In this document: positions 8,159-15,832 of the stretch, one piece after another
How the letters are laid out: each line of letters begins with the position of its first letter
Numbering within the stretch: position 1 is the first letter of the stretch
NCBI GenBank assembly: GCA_022821445.1
Contig: JAJEDQ010000038.1
Location: 7,312-71,311, forward strand
DNA length: 64,000 nucleotides
Source of the DNA: Acidimicrobiia bacterium
GTDB taxonomy: Bacteria; Actinomycetota; Acidimicrobiia; Acidimicrobiales; Bin134
Direction: 5' to 3'
Position numbers and translations under genes: made by a program
Notes under the pieces: model-generated
Told to the model about the DNA's origin: nothing
What the model saw: only the letters and a program-made list of their open reading frames with translations
Database searches by the model: none

Positions 8159-10778
8159 TCGCACCGCACGGGCAGCTGCCGACAACAACGTACAAGATGT
8201 AATTAGCGCCATTGACAACTACACCTGTGGGCCGATCCGAGCCTTGGCTCAGGACCCGCCACAGAACTCGTTAGACGCCCGGAGGGATGGGCAGGCAGTC
8301 CATGTCGCATACCAAGTGTTGCTTCGCCGTGCTGAGAACGGAGACCAGCTGAGGATCATGACCATTACCGACCGGGGCACCACCGGGTTGAACGGCCCCA
8401 TCCTCACTGCCGACGACTTAGCAGCGCGGGAGCATGACCAAGGGCAGCTCGTTATCCAACCTGGTGAGAACTGGGCCGCCTGGGAGGCGATGCGATACAC
8501 CAAATCCGGGGAAGACAGCCTCGGCAGCCGCGGTCAAGGCAAGTATGCCTACCTTTACCACTCGTTACACCACCCACCAGGGGCATCGCCTGAACTGCCC
8601 AAGCACGCCGGGCGAGTGGTCATCCTCTATGACACGCTGCTGCCCAACGGCGAATACCGACTCGGCATTCGGTACCACAACCCTTCCTCCAAGGTCATCG
8701 AGCCTCCGTTCCTCAACGATGACGCCCTTCAGATCATCACTACCTCCTACAAGGACACCCATTTCTTCATCCCCCTCCAGCTAGAACCACTATCTGAACC
8801 GGGCACCAGGGTCATCATCCCCTTCCTCTCCAACGAGACCGCTGAAGCAGTCGAGAATGGCGAACTGGCCCATTGGCTGCAAGCAGAGTGGTGGCGCCCC
8901 ATCCAGAAGGGGGAGTTGGAAATCACAGTCACCGGCGAAGACGATTTGACTCGCTCTATCGGAGTTCCGGACTTCTGGCAAGACCAATCTTGGACCACCG
9001 ATGACTCGCGCTACCACGCCCGAGAGCAGGTCGAATTGCCGAGTTCCAGCCCGGACGACCCTAGCATCATTAAGCGCATGGTTTTGTTCCACGACAGTGG
9101 CCTGGTCAGCGATGACCTCGATGGGCCAGCCCAATCTCACGGTGTACAGCTGCTTCGTGGTGGCCAGTGGATTGTCACGCTGGAGATGAGCGAGTTCTCG
9201 GACTGGATCCCGAAAGAACACCGCGGGGGGTTCCGGGGCTTCGTGGAGTTTGACCGCCTTCTTGACCGCGAGCTACGCGACATCGAGAATCCAGCCCACG
9301 ACGGCTACAACCGTAGGAGATGGCTGTACCAAGAGATCGCCCAGACAATCCGCGATTTGGTGAAAGAGTTCGCCTCAGAGCGTGGATGGTACGACTCTGA
9401 GGACACTGCCCCCGATCCAGAATTCGATGCTCTAGTACAAGAATTCTCCCGACTCTTTGTAGCGCCTGAGTCCGGGAAGCACACCCCCGCACAAGCAAAA
9501 TGGCGCTGCAAAGTCGAAGCTGACTACCCCGACCCCGAGGTGGCCCGCGCCAACTGGGAGGATTCCATCCGTGTTGACGCCACTTGTTATCGCTGCCCGT
9601 CCGCCGATGGCGAGCCCATATCTTTCGAGGCAGAGCTCATCCGACCAGATGGTTCAGCTGCGAGCATATTCAAGAATCGTCGCCAGAACATGCGGGGTCG
9701 TTCAGAAGAGGAATCTGCTGCCGGAGTCAACTTCGGGGAGCTAAGAATCCTCCATCCTGGACACCCGGAGTCTCCATTCACAGAACCAGGGCGGTATTCA
9801 ATCAGAGTCAGCTGCAACAACCGAGGAGAGCTCGTCGCAACGGGCAAGTGCTCGTTTTACGTGGCATGCGATCCGCCTCTAGCCCCAGATACCCCTGTGA
9901 CCATGCAGTTACGAGCCTTTAACCCCGAAGACGGAGGCAACATCGTCCCTCAGGGTGGAGAACTGCAGTGGGAGGCAACCATCAGGAACCGGGGACAGAA
10001 TCCAGTCGAGGGAATTCTGGCCATCGTCTTGGACGAGCACCTCCTTGCTGAAGAGACAGCCGAACTGGACTTGATAGCGGTCGGGGATCAGCCGCAGATT
10101 TTGGTGTTCGAAGGTACGTCTTGGGTTGACCAACATGCCCCAAGCGAGGGAACCCTCCCATTCAACTGGGACAGCCCCCCACATGCTGATGATTTGGGAA
10201 CTGGTTCGCCCGGCGAGAAGGTTCTGCCTTTGGCCGACGGAAAATACACATTGCAAGCCTCGCTAGAACAAGAAGGCGAGACATTGGCAATGGCACAGGC
10301 ATCTATATGGGTGGGCACACCACCTGAAGAGGAAGAGGCTGGGGATCTCCCCTTTGTCGTCACGCAAGTAGACGATGTGCTAGCCCCTCGTTGGCGGTTG
10401 GAGCCCCCGAGAAGACTCGATGACCCGCACAAGCTACTTTGGTCTGCTGCCAATCCGACTTATCGGGCGGTCAGCTCCATACGTCGTCTTCCAAGAGGGT
10501 CGTCACGACCACCACAGGAAGAGTACCTCGGAGAGATCATTGCCGAGGCCCTCGTCGATTGGGCGGTGCAGGAACTGAGGCGCTCTGGGGATGAGGGCCG
10601 GATTCGGCTGGTGTCGGCTAGAATTCAAGCATTGGACCCCCAACTGGGGGAACAATTTGAGATCCGGATTGAGCGCTTGATGGCGAAGGAAGCTGAGAAC
10701 GACCCTGTAGGGTACGGACAGGCCCAAAGAGACATGGCTGCTTTGATGGTGGAGGCTGCTCGTCTCGCAAGGGGATAG
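8151..10778 (+). CDS. Hypothetical 875-aa protein, cassette gene B: N-terminal GHKL (Bergerat-fold) ATPase-like domain, two putative beta-sandwich segments and a helical C-terminus
   Basis: The ATG overlaps the gene A stop (ATGACTGA, 8151-8158). Motifs occur in canonical order: DPPQNSLDA (N39, D42), ITDRGTTGLNG (D74, G76, G79), LGSRGQGKYAY (G125-x-x-G128-x-G130). The rest has no motif I can name. Confidence 0.85.
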   Translation: MTDRTARAAADNNVQDVISAIDNYTCGPIRALAQDPPQNSLDARRDGQAVHVAYQVLLRRAENGDQLRIMTITDRGTTGLNGPILTADDLAAREHDQGQLVIQPGENWAAWEAMRYTKSGEDSLGSRGQGKYAYLYHSLHHPPGASPELPKHAGRVVILYDTLLPNGEYRLGIRYHNPSSKVIEPPFLNDDALQIITTSYKDTHFFIPLQLEPLSEPGTRVIIPFLSNETAEAVENGELAHWLQAEWWRPIQKGELEITVTGEDDLTRSIGVPDFWQDQSWTTDDSRYHAREQVELPSSSPDDPSIIKRMVLFHDSGLVSDDLDGPAQSHGVQLLRGGQWIVTLEMSEFSDWIPKEHRGGFRGFVEFDRLLDRELRDIENPAHDGYNRRRWLYQEIAQTIRDLVKEFASERGWYDSEDTAPDPEFDALVQEFSRLFVAPESGKHTPAQAKWRCKVEADYPDPEVARANWEDSIRVDATCYRCPSADGEPISFEAELIRPDGSAASIFKNRRQNMRGRSEEESAAGVNFGELRILHPGHPESPFTEPGRYSIRVSCNNRGELVATGKCSFYVACDPPLAPDTPVTMQLRAFNPEDGGNIVPQGGELQWEATIRNRGQNPVEGILAIVLDEHLLAEETAELDLIAVGDQPQILVFEGTSWVDQHAPSEGTLPFNWDSPPHADDLGTGSPGEKVLPLADGKYTLQASLEQEGETLAMAQASIWVGTPPEEEEAGDLPFVVTQVDDVLAPRWRLEPPRRLDDPHKLLWSAANPTYRAVSSIRRLPRGSSRPPQEEYLGEIIAEALVDWAVQELRRSGDEGRIRLVSARIQALDPQLGEQFEIRIERLMAKEAENDPVGYGQAQRDMAALMVEAARLARG

Positions 10779-10788
10779 TGAGGGCAAT

Positions 10789-11571
10789 ATGCCCGGGATA
10801 ATGCGGTACCTGTCGTCAGAAGACGATGTCCTAGCGCAGGTATTTACACGCGGACGACATTCTGGCCTACCCCATCACTTCGTAGAAGCTGACCGTCTCG
10901 ACTTCAGGGTCGATTCCGTTCTGGACGAAGCCGCCAAGCAAAGCACATCGACTTCTCATCCCAGCATTCCATCGGCGTTCACTAAGGCATGGGTCATAGG
11001 TAAGACGTTCCGTGATTCTGGACTCTTAGAGGACAAAGCCCTCATAGGCGAGAATCCCGATTTCATCTGGGAGATCCTAGCCAACAAAGCGGCTATGGCC
11101 ACTCGCAACGATGGAAGCTCAGAAACCCGCTGGGCCGACCTTCGACCGCCTCTCGAGCCCGTGGTCGGATCACCAGTCCAGCCGCGCAAGCCCCGGAGAT
11201 CTGATCACTGGGCCCGATGTGCCTGGCTAGCGGAGCAGAGCCACGCCGATGCCGCCGAGACGTTCGGAGGGATGATCTCAAATGTGTGGAATATGTATGA
11301 CCGCACCCCACTACGATCCCTCGTGCTTCGACAAGCCCTCCACGAATGGCTGCGGCAGCTCCCAAGCGATACAGCTGAACAGATCACAGAGGTCAAGCCG
11401 TTTCTAGAACTCCTCAAGCAACTCAGTCGACGATGGCCCGCAAGGGGTCTACGCTCCGCAATCCAGCCTGCTCACTTCAAGGCCGAAGACCTAGTTGCAG
11501 AAATGGACCAGTGTCTCAACCTTCCAATGATCTTGGCCGAGAGTTCCAGAACTCCATCAGGAGTGAACTAG
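10789..11571 (+). CDS. Hypothetical 260-aa protein, cassette gene C (no recognisable domain)
   Basis: The ATG lies 10 nt after the gene B stop, preceded by GAGGG. It has the lowest GC of the cassette on sampled lines. No TM segment or catalytic motif was recognised by eye. Confidence 0.75.
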   Translation: MPGIMRYLSSEDDVLAQVFTRGRHSGLPHHFVEADRLDFRVDSVLDEAAKQSTSTSHPSIPSAFTKAWVIGKTFRDSGLLEDKALIGENPDFIWEILANKAAMATRNDGSSETRWADLRPPLEPVVGSPVQPRKPRRSDHWARCAWLAEQSHADAAETFGGMISNVWNMYDRTPLRSLVLRQALHEWLRQLPSDTAEQITEVKPFLELLKQLSRRWPARGLRSAIQPAHFKAEDLVAEMDQCLNLPMILAESSRTPSGVN

Positions 11572-11582
11572 CGAGAAGTCTT

Positions 11583-11597
11583 GAACAGGAACTGTTC
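11583..11597. terminator. Short hairpin GAACAG-GAA-CTGTTC between convergent cassette gene C and nrdJ
   Basis: A 6-bp stem with a 3-nt loop sits in the 28-nt convergent spacer. There is no U-run, so this is a weak terminator candidate. Confidence 0.2.
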
Positions 11598-11599
11598 GC

Positions 11600-14338
11600 T
11601 CAGGAGCAGCCGGAGGTGGAGCCGCAGTCGGGGCAGGCGTGGCAGCTTCCGGCTCGCACCATGAGGACGCCGCAGTCGGAGCAGAAGGGGGCGTGGGTGT
11701 CCAGGGAGAACTGGCGGGTGAAAGGAGACGGGGGGTCGGGTTCAACGACGTCGCCGGGAATGGTGACCGGCACCTGCTCCTCCACCCCGGGCAGGGTGGG
11801 CTGGAGGCGCTCGTCGGTGGTGTAGATCCCCAGTTCGAGCCGCTCCTCGGGGTCGAGGTACTCCACCGCCAGCCGGCGGAACAGATAGTCGATGAGGCTG
11901 GTGGCGATGCGGATGTCAGGGTCGTCGGTCATCCCGTTGGGCTCGAAGCGCATGCCGGTGAAGGCGTCCACATAGGCCCGCAGGGGCACCCCGTATTGCA
12001 AGCCATGGCTCACCGCCATGGCGAACGAGTCCATGACGCCGGACAGCGTGGAGCCCTGCTTGGACACCCGGAGGAAGATCTCGCCGGGGCTCCCGTCTTC
12101 GTACTCCCCCACGGTGGCGAATCCCTTGCAGTCGGACACCCGGAATTCGAAGGTTCGGCTGGTGCGGGACCGGGGCAGCCGACGGCGCTCAGGCTGCGGT
12201 GACGCCGGTGTCGCCGCTGAGTCCCGAGCCAGATCGGGTTGGGCGGCCGAGGCATCGGCAATCGACAGGGGTTGACCCAGCTTGCAGTTGTCCCGATAGA
12301 CGGCCAGCGCCTTGACCCCCATCTGCCAGGCATCCACAAAGAGCTGCTCGATCTCTGCGGCGGTGGTTTCCTCGGGAACGTTGACGGTCTTGCTGATTCC
12401 CCCCGAAAGCCAGGGCTGCACCGCGGCCATCATCTTCACGTGACCGCTGGGAGAGATCACGTTGTCGCCCATGGAGCAGGCAAACACCGGCAGATGGGCT
12501 TGGTCGAGATGGGGGGCGCCCACCACCGAGCCCCGTTCGTGTACATGGGCCTCGATGTCGGCAACATGGGCGGGGCTGTAACCCAGACGATGCAGCGCCC
12601 GATCCACCGTCTGGTTGACGATTGGCATGGTGCCGCCGCCCACCAGCTTCTTGGTTTTGACCAGGCCCAAATCGGGCTCGATGCCGGTGGTGTCGCAGTC
12701 CATCATGAACGAGATGGTGCCGGTGGGGGCCAGCACCGTGGCCTGCGAGTTGCGAACCCCTACGGTGTCCCCCCACTCCACCGCGGCGTCCCACGCGGCC
12801 CGGGCGGCATCGAGCGCGTCTTGGGGCACCGGCTCGGCTTCCAGGCGGCTCAGCGCGTCTCGGTGCATCCGCAGCACTCGCCGGGTGGGCTCCTGGTTCT
12901 CGGCGAACCCCTCGAACGGTCCCAGACGGGCGGCCATTCGCCCTGAGGTCTCGTAGGCTACCCCGGTCATCAGCGCGGTGACCGACGCGGCCAAACCCCG
13001 GCCCTCGTCGGAGTCGTAGGCCAAACCCAAGGCCATGAGCATGGCCCCCAGGTTGGCGTAGCCCAAGCCCAATTGGCGGAACCGCCGGGTGGTGGCCCCG
13101 ATCTGCTCAGTGGGATAGTGCGAAGGGCCGACCAGTATCTCCTGGGCGACGGTCATCACCCGGACTGCGGCGCTGAAACCCTCCACATCGAATGCGCCGT
13201 GGTCGTCGACGAACGACAGCAGGTTCAAGCTGGACAGGTTGCAGGCTGAATTGTCGAGGTGGAGGTACTCCGAGCAGGGGTTGCTGGCGGTGATGCGGCC
13301 GGTTTCGGCCGCGGTGTTCCACCGGTTGATGGTGGTCTCGAACTGCACCCCGGGGTCGGCGCACTCCCAGGCGGCCTCGGCTATCTGGGAGAGAAGCGAC
13401 CGGGCTGACACCGTCTCCAGCACTTCGCCGGTGGTGCGGGCGGTGAGATGCCACTCGCCGTCTTCGGTCACCGCGGCCATGAACTCGTCGCTGAGCCGCA
13501 CCGAGTTGTTGGCGTTCTGGTACTGGATGGAGTGGACGTCGGCGCCGTCGAGGTCCATGTCGAAGCCGGCATCCCGTAGCGCCCGGGCCTTGCGCTCCTC
13601 GATGGCCTTGCACCAGATGAACTCGGACACATCGGGATGGTCGGCGTCGAGCACCACCATCTTGGCCGCCCGCCGGGTTTTGCCCCCCGACTTGATGGTG
13701 CCGGCCGAGGCGTCCGCGCCTCGCATGAAGCTCACCGGGCCGCTGGGGGCGCCCCCGCCGCTCATCTTCTCCTGGCGCGAGCGGATGAGGCTCAGGTTCA
13801 CGCCCGCTCCCGATCCCCCCTTGAAGATCCGCCCCTCCTCCCCGTACCAGTCGAGGATCGACTCCATGGTGTCGTCCACCGCCAGGATGAAGCAGGCCGA
13901 CGACTGGGGCACCGCACCGGGAACCCCGAGGTTGAACCACACCGGCGAGTTGAACGCGGCGCGCTGGCGGACCAGCAGCCAGCGAAGCTCACCGGCAAAC
14001 GCCTCGGCCTCCTCCGGCTCGGCCAGATGCCCCGACTCGGTTCCCCACGCCACCAGCGTGTTGACCACCCGGTCGATCACCTGGCGCAGCGATGTTTCCC
14101 GCTCCGAAGTGCCCAAACCGCCCCGGAAGTACTTCTGGGCCACGATATTGCCGGCGTTGACCGACCAGTTCGCCGGAAACTCCACATCGGTCTGCTCGAA
14201 GGCCGCTTCGCCGCCTGCGCTGGTGATTCGGGCGTCGCGGCGCTGCCAATCCACCTCGTCGTAGGGGTGGACATCGGCGCGGCTGAAATGGCGGCTCAGG
14301 CCGATCCTGGTGCGGTCAGATGCCAGAGCCATCAGCAC
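11600..14338 (-). CDS. nrdJ: Adenosylcobalamin-dependent ribonucleoside-diphosphate reductase (class II RNR)
   Basis: 912 aa with class II motifs SSACFILAVDDTMESI and NPCSEY, plus a C-terminal Cys-rich Zn-ribbon CSDCGVLMVRAGSCHACPDCGSTSGCS. GAGGAG lies 5 nt upstream of the ATG at 14338. Confidence 0.95.
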   Translation of the reverse strand: MLMALASDRTRIGLSRHFSRADVHPYDEVDWQRRDARITSAGGEAAFEQTDVEFPANWSVNAGNIVAQKYFRGGLGTSERETSLRQVIDRVVNTLVAWGTESGHLAEPEEAEAFAGELRWLLVRQRAAFNSPVWFNLGVPGAVPQSSACFILAVDDTMESILDWYGEEGRIFKGGSGAGVNLSLIRSRQEKMSGGGAPSGPVSFMRGADASAGTIKSGGKTRRAAKMVVLDADHPDVSEFIWCKAIEERKARALRDAGFDMDLDGADVHSIQYQNANNSVRLSDEFMAAVTEDGEWHLTARTTGEVLETVSARSLLSQIAEAAWECADPGVQFETTINRWNTAAETGRITASNPCSEYLHLDNSACNLSSLNLLSFVDDHGAFDVEGFSAAVRVMTVAQEILVGPSHYPTEQIGATTRRFRQLGLGYANLGAMLMALGLAYDSDEGRGLAASVTALMTGVAYETSGRMAARLGPFEGFAENQEPTRRVLRMHRDALSRLEAEPVPQDALDAARAAWDAAVEWGDTVGVRNSQATVLAPTGTISFMMDCDTTGIEPDLGLVKTKKLVGGGTMPIVNQTVDRALHRLGYSPAHVADIEAHVHERGSVVGAPHLDQAHLPVFACSMGDNVISPSGHVKMMAAVQPWLSGGISKTVNVPEETTAAEIEQLFVDAWQMGVKALAVYRDNCKLGQPLSIADASAAQPDLARDSAATPASPQPERRRLPRSRTSRTFEFRVSDCKGFATVGEYEDGSPGEIFLRVSKQGSTLSGVMDSFAMAVSHGLQYGVPLRAYVDAFTGMRFEPNGMTDDPDIRIATSLIDYLFRRLAVEYLDPEERLELGIYTTDERLQPTLPGVEEQVPVTIPGDVVEPDPPSPFTRQFSLDTHAPFCSDCGVLMVRAGSCHACPDCGSTSGCS

Positions 14339-14646
14339 TCCTCAACGGATGCAGCTCTTATGGCGCATTCCGCATCTATTTTATCCTTGCTCGAATGAGG
14401 CTGCGGCGTGAGCGGCCAGGTCAAAGGGGCCTCGTCACGAGGCATGCCTGCACCGGACACGCCAGCCCGCCCAAACAACGGGCTGAACCCCTCAAGGAGT
14501 CGCCTGAACCCCACTATGGTCGTCGGCGTCAGCCACCATTCCGGCCACTCACACCGCAGCAGTACGTCACGGTAGAGCATGAAGCCTGTGGACGGTAAGG
14601 AGGACAAGGGGGATTCCCTGTGGATTTCAGGTGAATAACTGGAAAC
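14339..14646 (-). promoter_or_regulatory. Long (~300 nt) untranslated leader/promoter region of nrdJ, divergent from the ribD-like gene
   Basis: No ORF with coding character. It contains a 7-bp-stem hairpin CAGCCCG-N9-CGGGCTG (14463-14485) and a direct repeat CTGAACCCC at 14483-14491 and 14504-14512 (21-bp period). I recognised no riboswitch or NrdR-box consensus. Confidence 0.4.
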
Positions 14647-15417
14647 ATGCCCAACTGGTCCGCCTGCTACCGTCGGCGGCAGGTGCATCAGCTGTTTCCT
14701 CGGTTCGCCTCCGACATTGACCCGGTTTCGGTCTACGCGTCCGACAGCCGCATCCCCCACTCCAACCGGCCTTGGCTGATGCTGAACATGGTCACCTCTG
14801 CCGATGGCGCCACGTCGGCCGACGGAGTGTCGGAGGGGTTGTCGAGCCCCGAGGACCGGCGGGTGTTCTCGGCCCTCCGGGCGGTGGCCGACGTGATTCT
14901 GGTGGCGGCCGAGACCGTGCGACGCGAGGGCTACGGACCGCCCAAGACCAGCCCGGAGGTCGCCGCCAGCCGAAGGGACCGGAACCAGTCGCCGCGGCCT
15001 CGATTGGCCGTGGTGAGCGGTTCGCTGGATCTGGACTTCACCGCGCCGCTGTTCGCCGACCATCCACCGCCGATGCTGTTCACCGTGGCCGATCCGCCTG
15101 CCCACCGTTTGGCCCAAGCCGAGGCGGCCGCGGAAGTCCACCGCGTGGGCGACCACCAAGTGGACTTGGCGGAGGTGCTGCGATTGGTAGGCCAAACAGG
15201 CGCCGATGTAGTGCTGGCTGAGGGCGGTCCCAGCCTCAACGGGCAGCTTCTGGACGCCGGGCTCTTGGACGAGCTGTGCTGGACGATCTCGCCGATACTG
15301 GCCGGCGGTGACACATCCCGGATGACGCGAGGCGCCCCGCCCCGGCTCGACCGTCTGCGGCTGGATCGGGTATCGGCTCAAGACCACACTCTCTTTCTCC
15401 GCTATCTCACCCACTGA
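14647..15417 (+). CDS. RibD C-terminal domain / pyrimidine reductase (dihydrofolate-reductase-like) family protein
   Basis: 256 aa with RPWLMLNMVTSADGATSADG...DRRVFSALRAVADVILVAAETVRREGY typical of RibD_C. An alternative GTG start lies at 14683. Confidence 0.75.
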   Translation: MPNWSACYRRRQVHQLFPRFASDIDPVSVYASDSRIPHSNRPWLMLNMVTSADGATSADGVSEGLSSPEDRRVFSALRAVADVILVAAETVRREGYGPPKTSPEVAASRRDRNQSPRPRLAVVSGSLDLDFTAPLFADHPPPMLFTVADPPAHRLAQAEAAAEVHRVGDHQVDLAEVLRLVGQTGADVVLAEGGPSLNGQLLDAGLLDELCWTISPILAGGDTSRMTRGAPPRLDRLRLDRVSAQDHTLFLRYLTH

Positions 15418-15448
15418 CCCGGACTCTGTGCCGACGCGCCCGAGCCGA

Positions 15449-15751
15449 TTATCGGCCGTCGAAGCTGACCGGCAAAGCGGTGTCGCCCATGACCACATAG
15501 GCCGGTTCTGACTGGGACAAGCCCGCGGCCGGCGCCTCCGGGGACAACGACCAGTGGAGCTTGCCGGCCAGGAAAGAACTGGCCCACAGCACGAGAAACA
15601 AGGCGGACACGGCCAGCGCCCTTCGGAACCAGTACACCTTGGCCGGCAATCGCCGGGTTACCGGAGGCTCGGGTTGGTGGTCAGACACCAATACCAAGAC
15701 GGGCTCCAAAGCGGGCTGGGCCATAGGTTGATCAAACATGGGTAAAGCCAT
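15449..15751 (-). CDS. Hypothetical small membrane protein (one predicted TM helix)
   Basis: The 100-aa ORF fills an otherwise empty 410-bp gap. It has a hydrophobic stretch ALAVSALFLVLWASSFLAG and codon usage consistent with the host. No homology call is possible. Confidence 0.45.
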   Translation of the reverse strand: MALPMFDQPMAQPALEPVLVLVSDHQPEPPVTRRLPAKVYWFRRALAVSALFLVLWASSFLAGKLHWSLSPEAPAAGLSQSEPAYVVMGDTALPVSFDGR

Positions 15752-15832
15752 GCGACCATTGTCCAGACCGCGGTGACAGTTAGTCGGAAAACAGTTGTCT
15801 ATCTGCGGTTTTGCAAATTTCAGCCGCGTATT

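Noticed and set aside
7025-11561. CCATCAG shared by the left (about 7025-7035) and right (about 11552-11561) edges of the cassette as possible target-site duplication or att sites.
   Set aside because: Only 7-8 bp are shared, with no extended identity. The right copy lies inside the gene C coding sequence. A match of this length is expected by chance over these distances.
10789-11571. A PD-(D/E)xK nuclease motif in cassette protein C (D...LLEDKAL).
   Set aside because: It is a single short pattern without the surrounding secondary-structure context or conserved partners. It cannot be supported from sequence alone.
14339-14646. Cobalamin riboswitch or paired NrdR boxes upstream of nrdJ.
   Set aside because: I could not find the conserved B12-element core (GGGAA...GGTG..AATCC...GCCACTG) or the terminal AGYCAGGAGACCTGCC-like box. 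A B12-off switch on a B12-dependent RNR is also not expected. The best NrdR-like match (ACCATAGTGG) is a poor half-palindrome without a partner at about 31 bp. I kept the region only as an unexplained long leader.
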